Shown: one piece after another, positions 56,987 through 64,000 of the stretch | Layout of the letters: each line of letters opens with the position of its first letter | How positions within the stretch are numbered: the first letter of the stretch is position 1 | From: a cyanobacterium endosymbiont of Rhopalodia gibba | GTDB taxonomy: Bacteria; Cyanobacteriota; Cyanobacteriia; Cyanobacteriales; Microcystaceae | Direction of reading: 5' to 3' | Length of the DNA: 64,000 bases | Assembly: GCA_045159875.1 (NCBI GenBank) | Contig: CP067995.1 | Location: 1,600,001 to 1,664,000 of the forward strand | Made by a program: the position numbers and the translations under genes | Notes under the pieces: model-generated | The model's input: the letters and a program-made list of their open reading frames with translations, nothing else | Databases searched by the model: none | Told to the model about the DNA's origin: nothing

Positions 56987-57066
56987 TATGCATTAGCTTA
57001 AAGAATTTTAATGAAAATTTTTGTTTCTAAAAAGAGATAGACTTAACCTTAAGTTAGCAACTTGAC

Positions 57067-57113
57067 AAAAAGAGTATTGAATCATAGTTTTTCTATGATT
57101 CAATACTCTTTTT
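57067..57113. repeat. Perfect 21-bp-arm hairpin after cysC (possible terminator)
   Basis: AAAAAGAGTATTGAATCATAG-ttttt-CTATGATTCAATACTCTTTTT. Confidence 0.92.
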
Positions 57114-58117
57114 ATAGAAAAAATATATTAGCATGTTATAGTCTGTAACAAACCAAAAATTACCTATTGATAGATTTATTTCAAAATAAGCTATTAAAAA
57201 TACAAAGTAATTATTAAAAATAAAAAATAGAGACTTGATATGTTAATCTGGAGGAAAGGTTCGTCCAAATAAAAGATAGTAATTAGAACTTATATCAAGA
57301 AATAAACAGCTTAATTTTAATATTAAAGCTGTAATTATTTTCCAAGACGTTTGAAGATTTATCTCATGACCAGAAAGATTAGAAACAGCTAAAAATAGAC
57401 AAGTCTCAATACTGAAAAAGAGAATACTAGTTCAGCTAAAAGAAAAAGGGAACTCGTTTATTTAAAAAAGTTTAGTAAAGTTAAAGTATTGATTTTTTTT
57501 GAAAACTGATATAGTTCAACTTTATTTTTCCAAAAGAATTGAGAGTCAAACGGAGTTGGTAAAAGTTTAGTCCTTGAATTTAGAGAAGTCTGTTGTGTTA
57601 TTAAATCTTACTGCTGGTTTTTAAAGTAATTATGTAGAATCTATAGTTAGAATATCCGAGGCGACTTTGACTCGTTTTTTCAGTGTCATGAGAGTTTTTA
57701 TTGGGTTAGAGTTTGTGATGTCAAAAAAAAAATTAGATTGACAATTGATACTAAATTTACAAAAAATTATCTTTTGGAGTTAACCTCAACTTAATTCGAG
57801 AGCATTGAAACTAAAATTTAGCTCTCTTTATTTTTTAAAATATTTACTTGTTGTTCAAAACAATTAAATTGTTAGAAATACTATGACGATCATTTTATTC
57901 ATTCTAAGATACACATATTTAACACAATTTATCAATTTATAACTACTATAGATGACTATAAAATACGATAATAAAAGAAATTATGGGACTATCTCTTCCC
58001 ATCGTTACACAAGAGTGGGATGATAAGTACAAACCTTGGGGTAGCCTGCAGTTGGTAGTTACCAAACTCAGTACCCATCGTTGTCTTAGTTATCGTAAGT
58101 TTATTCTAGGAAAAGTT

Positions 58118-60124
58118 ATGGTCGTTGCTACCCAGTCACTCGAAGAACTGTGCATTAATTCTATCCGCTTTTTAGCCATTGATGCTGTTGAAAAAGCTAA
58201 ATCTGGACATCCAGGATTGCCAATGGGGGCAGCTCCAATGGCATTTGTCCTTTGGGATAAGTTCATGCGACACAACCCAAAAAATCCTAAATGGTTAAAC
58301 CGTGATCGCTTTGTCCTCTCAGCTGGACATGGCTGTATGCTTCACTATGCTCTGTTACATCTAACCGGATATGACAGTGTTTCCATCGATGACGTTAAGC
58401 AATTCCGTCAATGGGGATCACAAACCCCTGGACACCCTGAAAACCACGTTACTGAAGGAATTGAAGTTACCACCGGACCTTTGGGACAAGGGATTGCTAA
58501 CGGAGTTGGGTTAGCCCTAGCTGAAGCTCATTTAGCCGCTAGATTCAATAAACCAGATTGTAAGCTTATCGATCAATATACCTATGTAATATTGGGTGAT
58601 GGCTGCAACATGGAGGGAATTTCTGGAGAAGCCTGTTCTTTAGCTGGACATTGGGGCTTAGGTAAGCTAATCGCTTTATATGACGATAACCATATCTCAA
58701 TCGATGGGTCTACCGATCTTGCCTTCACTGAAGATGTCTCTAAACGCTTTGAGGCTTATGGTTGGCATGTTCAGCACGTCAAAGATGGAAATACAGACTT
58801 AGATAGTATTGCTAGAGCTATTGAAGTAGCCAAAGCAGTTACCGACAAGCCTTCTTTAATCAAAGTTACCACTACCATTGGTTATGGTTCTCCTAACAAA
58901 GCTAACAGTCACGATGTCCATGGGGCAGCTTTAGGGGCTGATGAGGTTAAGGCTACCCGTGAGCACTTAGGATGGAAATATGCTCCATTTAGTCTCCCAT
59001 CTGATGCCCTAGAGCATTTTCGCAAGTCCGTTAGTCGCGGCGCTAGCTACGAAGCAGAATGGAATAAGTTGTTTACTCAGTACAAAACTAAATATCCTGA
59101 AGATGCTGCTCTCCTAGAACGGATGGTCAGTGGCAATTTACCTGATGGATGGAATAAAGCCCTTCCTGTTTATACCCCCGAAATTAAAAAGGATGCTACC
59201 CGTAACCAATCAGGCATAACCTTGAATGCAATTGCTGGCGTGCTACCTGAACTAATCGGTGGATCAGCTGACTTAGCCCCCTCTAATAAGACCTTACTTA
59301 AGGGTATTGGAGATTTCCAAAAAGGACAATACCAAAATCGTAACATCCGTTTTGGAGTACGCGAACACGGTATGGGAGCTATTTGTAACGGAATAGCCGC
59401 ACATGGATCCGGGCTAATTCCTTACGGTGCAACTTTCCTGGTTTTTACTGACTACATGCGTAATGCTATTCGTCTCTCTGCTTTAGCGGAAGCAGGAGTT
59501 ATTTGGGTCATGACCCATGACTCTGTGGCTTTAGGAGAAGATGGACCTACTCACCAACCAGTTGAGCATATTGCCTCTTTACGGTTAATTCCTAACTTGA
59601 TTGTGATTCGTCCTGCGGATGGTAATGAAACTTCCGGTGCTTATAAAATTGCAATAGAAAATCGTCATCGCCCCACTTTGTTAGCATTATCTCGCCAAGA
59701 ATTACCTAACTTAGCTGGAAGTTCTATTGATGCAGTAGCAAAAGGTGCTTATATCGTCAGTAACTGTGATGGAACGCCTGATATCATTCTCATCGGAACT
59801 GGCAGCGAAGTAGAACTCTGTCTTAATGCAGCAGAAGTCTTAACCGGGGAAGGTAAGAAGGTTCGAGTTGTTTCTATGCCTACCTGGGAATTATTTGAAG
59901 AACAAGATGCAGCTTATAAAGAGTCTGTTCTTCCTAAAGCAGTTAAAAAACGTCTCGCCGTTGAAGCAGGAGTTAGCTTTGGATGGTGTCGTTATGTTGG
60001 GGATGAAGGCGCAAGTATCAGTATTGATACTTTTGGTGCTTCTGCTCCTGGTGATATCGTACTTAAGAAATTTGGCTATACCGTTGAGAACGTCGTTGCC
60101 AAAGCGAAAGAAGTTTTAAGTTAA
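58118..60124 (+). CDS. tkt: Transketolase
   Basis: MVVATQSL start at 58118; [39 protein letters not shown]. Confidence 0.98.
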   Translation: MVVATQSLEELCINSIRFLAIDAVEKAKSGHPGLPMGAAPMAFVLWDKFMRHNPKNPKWLNRDRFVLSAGHGCMLHYALLHLTGYDSVSIDDVKQFRQWGSQTPGHPENHVTEGIEVTTGPLGQGIANGVGLALAEAHLAARFNKPDCKLIDQYTYVILGDGCNMEGISGEACSLAGHWGLGKLIALYDDNHISIDGSTDLAFTEDVSKRFEAYGWHVQHVKDGNTDLDSIARAIEVAKAVTDKPSLIKVTTTIGYGSPNKANSHDVHGAALGADEVKATREHLGWKYAPFSLPSDALEHFRKSVSRGASYEAEWNKLFTQYKTKYPEDAALLERMVSGNLPDGWNKALPVYTPEIKKDATRNQSGITLNAIAGVLPELIGGSADLAPSNKTLLKGIGDFQKGQYQNRNIRFGVREHGMGAICNGIAAHGSGLIPYGATFLVFTDYMRNAIRLSALAEAGVIWVMTHDSVALGEDGPTHQPVEHIASLRLIPNLIVIRPADGNETSGAYKIAIENRHRPTLLALSRQELPNLAGSSIDAVAKGAYIVSNCDGTPDIILIGTGSEVELCLNAAEVLTGEGKKVRVVSMPTWELFEEQDAAYKESVLPKAVKKRLAVEAGVSFGWCRYVGDEGASISIDTFGASAPGDIVLKKFGYTVENVVAKAKEVLS

Positions 60125-60149
60125 TTTATATTTCTGTCATTAACTTAAC

Positions 60150-60190
60150 TAATAGCTCTCTAAGATTTTAGAGGGCTATTATGTTTTTTT
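60150..60190 (+). terminator. Intrinsic terminator of tkt
   Basis: TAATAGCTCTCTAA-gatt-TTAGAGGGCTATTA (one G-U pair) followed by a T tract. Confidence 0.75.
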
Positions 60191-60859
60191 ATATTTATAA
60201 AAAATTTTCATAAATTATCATAAGCAACTATGTTATGAGCATTAATATATAGACAAGTATATCTTAATTATTTTAAGAAAAAAATATCTTTTTTAAAAAA
60301 ATAGTTTTTCTATCCAACAAAAATTAGCACTGAAAATAAGCTAATTAATCATTAGATCTGCCATCCTATTGTCGTTAATCTAATAGCGTTAGCTTTATCT
60401 TTTATCTTCCGAGAGACTTTTTTAGCATTACTTAATAAAAATAAAATTCTTTTTTCCATTAACTTAAAAAATACTCTTAAGTTAGAAACTAATATTAGTT
60501 AATTACAATTCTTGTAACTAACTCTATTAACCTACTTTAGAATCTGTTTGCAAATCTTACTTTTAAGTAAGTAAAACACATCTAAATAGTGCTTTTTATT
60601 AACATTTAATCACTGAATTCACTATCATCTTTCTGCTAAAGATCAACATACTATTGAATAGTATTTTTAAATAAAAATTGTGTTGTAAAATCTCTAAATA
60701 GAGATAAATTAATTTTTAAAAAATTTAGTAAATACTTTGTTAATGTTAAATATATTTATTACAAATAAACGTAATTATTTAATCTCTTTTATTTATTTAC
60801 TGATAATACTTTTTATTATATAAATCAATATATAAAGATAAAAAATGCGAAAACCCGTG

Positions 60860-60899
60860 AGTTACTTAATCGTTGTTTTAAAACAACGATTAAGTAACT
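60860..60899. repeat. Perfect 40-bp palindrome, no spacer
   Basis: AGTTACTTAATCGTTGTTTT|AAAACAACGATTAAGTAACT. Confidence 0.95.
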
Positions 60900-62112
60900 A
60901 AATAAATGAGGTGTAACTTTAATAAAGCAGCAATCTTCTAAACTAAAAATTTTATTTTATCTAAAAAAGAAACCGAATCAGTTTAAGACAACACTAATAC
61001 AACCCTAGCAGCCAATAAGGGGATTGATTAATTATAATTATTTCTTCCTCAAAGTATGTGCATTCAATAACGCAGCAGTTACCCCAATGAAATAAGCATG
61101 ATCCGAGGATATCCTCAACCCAACAGCCGACTTACATTCTATCGCCTCAACACCTCAATAAATGAGCCTGATTTAAGAATATTACAAGGTAGGTACCTGC
61201 GGTATCAACTTCTGTCCACCTTTGTCAGCCGACCGAGATTGCTAACAATCTAATATAAAATTTTTTACATTACCTTGTCCCAAGGTTTTAGATATTCCTA
61301 ATGTTTCTCCTACAGTTAAAACAGCAAAAATACGGGAAAGGTATAATTGCTATAGAATAGTTGCATTAATAAAGTTACCTTGGTAAAATAAGCTTTGCCA
61401 TAACTGAACAAAACTTCGAGGACATTCACACAAGTAAGGTATAAAGTATACTTAATAAGTATCCTCTCATTCATTAAGATAACTGCTAAAACAATCTAAT
61501 AATTTTTAAGTGTCAATCTTATATCGACTTAATGATAAATTTCCAAATACAGAATATAGTATCTCATCTGAACCCGTTCTGACCATACATAATTCATACT
61601 CTAATCATAAATATTTGGGCATGGTTTTTCAGTCCAAATTGTAAATTACGGGAATAGTGTCTTAAATAAAAAGCATCGTTCAGTTCACCTTTATGATTGT
61701 TCAATCAGTAAAATTGTCTTTTCCTCTATAAGACAAAAGTGACCCCAGATGGGGAATCTCTAGCCACATCGTCCGTTTAGCTGTTTCTATATATAGATAT
61801 AGTGGTTGATTTCGCAACAGTGTTTGGTAGATATATGTGTAAATAAAAGCATAAATAACCTTCTCAGCATAACGTCGCAGAAGTTGCAACGGGAAGAAGA
61901 ATAAATAAATCGGTTAAGATTTAAGCCAAAAAGATAGAATAGTAGTTATGAGTAGACATAGAACACGCGGGTTAGGAAAGATATTTTTCTCAGAGCAAAT
62001 CCCAAAGTCAAAATCTACAACGTCCTATACGGCGGAGATTGTCACAAAATATTCATCGAGGGGTTGCTAAATTTACAGATTTATTGTTAGAATTAGCGAT
62101 GGCAACAAGTAA

Positions 62113-62184
62113 TCCTCAGTAGCTCAGCGGTAGAGCGGTCGACTGTTAATCGATTGGTCGTAGGTTCGAATCCTACCTGGGGAG
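62113..62184 (+). tRNA. trnN: tRNA-Asn (GTT)
   Basis: TCCTCAG/CTGGGGA acceptor stem, GCTC..GAGC D arm, GTCGA-CTGTTAA-TCGAT anticodon arm, GGTTCGAATCC T arm; CCA not encoded. Confidence 0.97.
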
Positions 62185-62425
62185 TCTATCTAGAATATAT
62201 ACAACTTTTTTATTAGCGATGGGTTGGTTGGATTTGTCTTTGAGCTTGGGATGAGCAATAAAGATATTATCAAAATCTGCTTTATTTAAAAATGAACAAC
62301 CCATTTTTCTAAAACTGTCTCAAGTTAATTTTTTGCACATTGTCATCCAAGTTTGATAATATTTATAAATTTCGTTTAACTAGCCTGATTTTAAGTTAAT
62401 ATAAGAGATAAGGAATCATAATCTA

Positions 62426-64000
62426 ATGCAAGACTTGACAAGATGGTATCATTATTGTTAGCGGTGAGTTAGGTGGATGTCGCGCCGTCCTAGAAATTTA
62501 AAGCCTTATCCCCACAGTTAATGTAACTGTTGTTGTAGCCAAAACTCATCCTATTCGATCACACTCAGTAGCAGCAGAAGGAAGAATTGCTACCAGTTTT
62601 AAAAATGTTGATTCTAAAGACAGTTGGAAGTTTCATACCTTTGATACAGTGAAAGGTTCAGACTATCTCGCCGATAAAATGCAGTTATCTTATTGACCCA
62701 GGAAACTCCTGATGTGATTATCGACTTAGAATATTTGGGGGTACTATCTTCTCGTTTAGAAAATAACAAAAGTACTTAACAAGCTTTTGATGGTCATACC
62801 CACAACTGCACTTGTAATGAAGTTACTATCTATGATGAATGGTATGTGATGCAATTAATTATTGAAGAAGGAAATTCAAAAGGGATCATCATGTATCGTA
62901 TCGAAGATAATAGAAAACTTAAAATTATCCCAAGTAAAGTAGTCATGTTTGCTACAAAGGGGTTATGGACAAGTATTCAATACGACCTCTAATGATTATG
63001 CATCTACAGGGGACGGGTTGTCCATGTTTGCAATGGCGGATATCCCTTTAGAAGATATGGAATTTGTTCAGTTTCACCCTACCGGATTGTATCCCGTTGG
63101 GGTCTTGATTTGCGAAGCTATACGAGGAGAAGGGTCCACCTCATTAACAGCGAAGGAAGCCGGTTTATGGAGGATTTACTGATTTACCCACTTTCGTATG
63201 GAATAGACTTCTCGTTATATTACTTCTCGTGCTATTAACTGTAAAATTTTGGTAGAACGAGGAGTCTATCCTGATAGCAGTCCGAATTGACCTTGTTGTT
63301 GGGAAGAAGCAAGTATATTAACTTGTGGGAGTGGACGCAATCCATGAACCCACGCGAGTCCGTCCCACTGTTCGTTATTGTATGGGAGGGATTCTAGTAA
63401 ATACTCAATGCCGTGTACCCTTGAGTGGAACTCAATTAATAAAAGGGTTTTTTCCGGCTGGAGAATGTGCTTGTCTCCCAGTTTATGGGACAAACCGTCT
63501 AGGTAAGTAATTCCTTATTAGAATGTGTGGTTTATGAACGTATCACATGCAGAAATATTGCCGAATATGTCTAAGATCACAAGTTTTCTAAAATTAACTA
63601 TCACGCTTATTTAGATAAAGCAAAAAAACGAATCTAAAGTTGTTTAAACAAAGAAAGTACTATTAGGTTAGGAGTATTGCCACAGCAATTTTAAACCGGT
63701 ATAATTTACTATTGTGGAATGTTTTGTAAGGAAAAGAAAATAAAGGAGTAATTAGCAAAAATTCAGCAATTTAGGCGATAGTATAAACAAGTTTATCTTG
63801 ACAACAAAGATTATTTTTGAAATACGGAATTAATTGAGTGAATAAAATTACAAAGTATTATGATGGCAGAGGAAATTATTCTTACTTCTACTTTAAGTTT
63901 TAAGTTATCAAGAAAGTCGAGGGGCGCATTCACGCAAGGATTATACTCAAAGAGATACTCTCAAGTTCTTCAAACATACTTTAGCCTATTATTCCCATGT
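62426..64000 (+). pseudogene. sdhA: Succinate dehydrogenase/fumarate reductase flavoprotein pseudogene (runs off the window)
   Basis: Fragments: IIIVSGELGGCRAVLEI, KTHPIRSHSVAAEG, FDTVKGSDYLAD, STGDG, LEDMEFVQFHPTGL, VRPTVRYCMGG, GECAC, G.NRLG.., QESRGAHSR; many stops and frameshifts. Confidence 0.95.

Noticed and set aside
57983..58117. 45-aa N-terminal extension of Tkt (and similar extensions of Rbp and AspS) as transit-like peptides
   Set aside because: Artefact of longest-ORF calling; the canonical starts lie downstream.
5108..60119. Short ORFs nested in or antisense to real genes (e.g. 5108, 9132, 11912, 12654, 13822, 21344, 22626, 24588, 25053, 30523, 33434, 35504, 36774, 39996, 40734, 43053, 48079, 58090, 59868)
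   Set aside because: Shadow ORFs of well-supported genes with no independent motifs.

Overview
AT-rich cyanobacterial (Chroococcales, Cyanothece/Crocosphaera-like) chromosome segment in mid genome reduction. About 35 intact housekeeping or metabolic CDS (ndhF, secA, nadA, hemN, aspS, gapN, leuB, GH13 alpha-glucosidase, ktrAB, rpoZ, thrC-like plus a CysO-like sulfur carrier, cysC, tkt) and one tRNA-Asn cover only about 54% of the window (sum of my CDS calls). Much of the apparent intergenic DNA is recognisable decayed genes: wza, DAHP synthase, an ISL3 transposase, a PPK2/pap fragment, heme oxygenase ho2, L-lactate dehydrogenase and sdhA, plus three copies of an old dispersed repeat. This pattern best fits a non-photosynthetic N2-fixing endosymbiont such as the spheroid body of rhopalodiacean diatoms (inference; no nif or photosystem genes are in the window). 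Main leads: (1) a thrC-like/CysO-like operon with an IscR/Rrf2-type box, which may make homocysteine through a sulfur carrier; (2) many long, perfect, sequence-unrelated palindromes that seem to form de novo inside decaying DNA; (3) selective loss of one gene from operons (ldh lost and gapN kept, ho2 lost and hemN kept); (4) a probable ATT start codon. All homology calls come from recalled family motifs, not from database searches.
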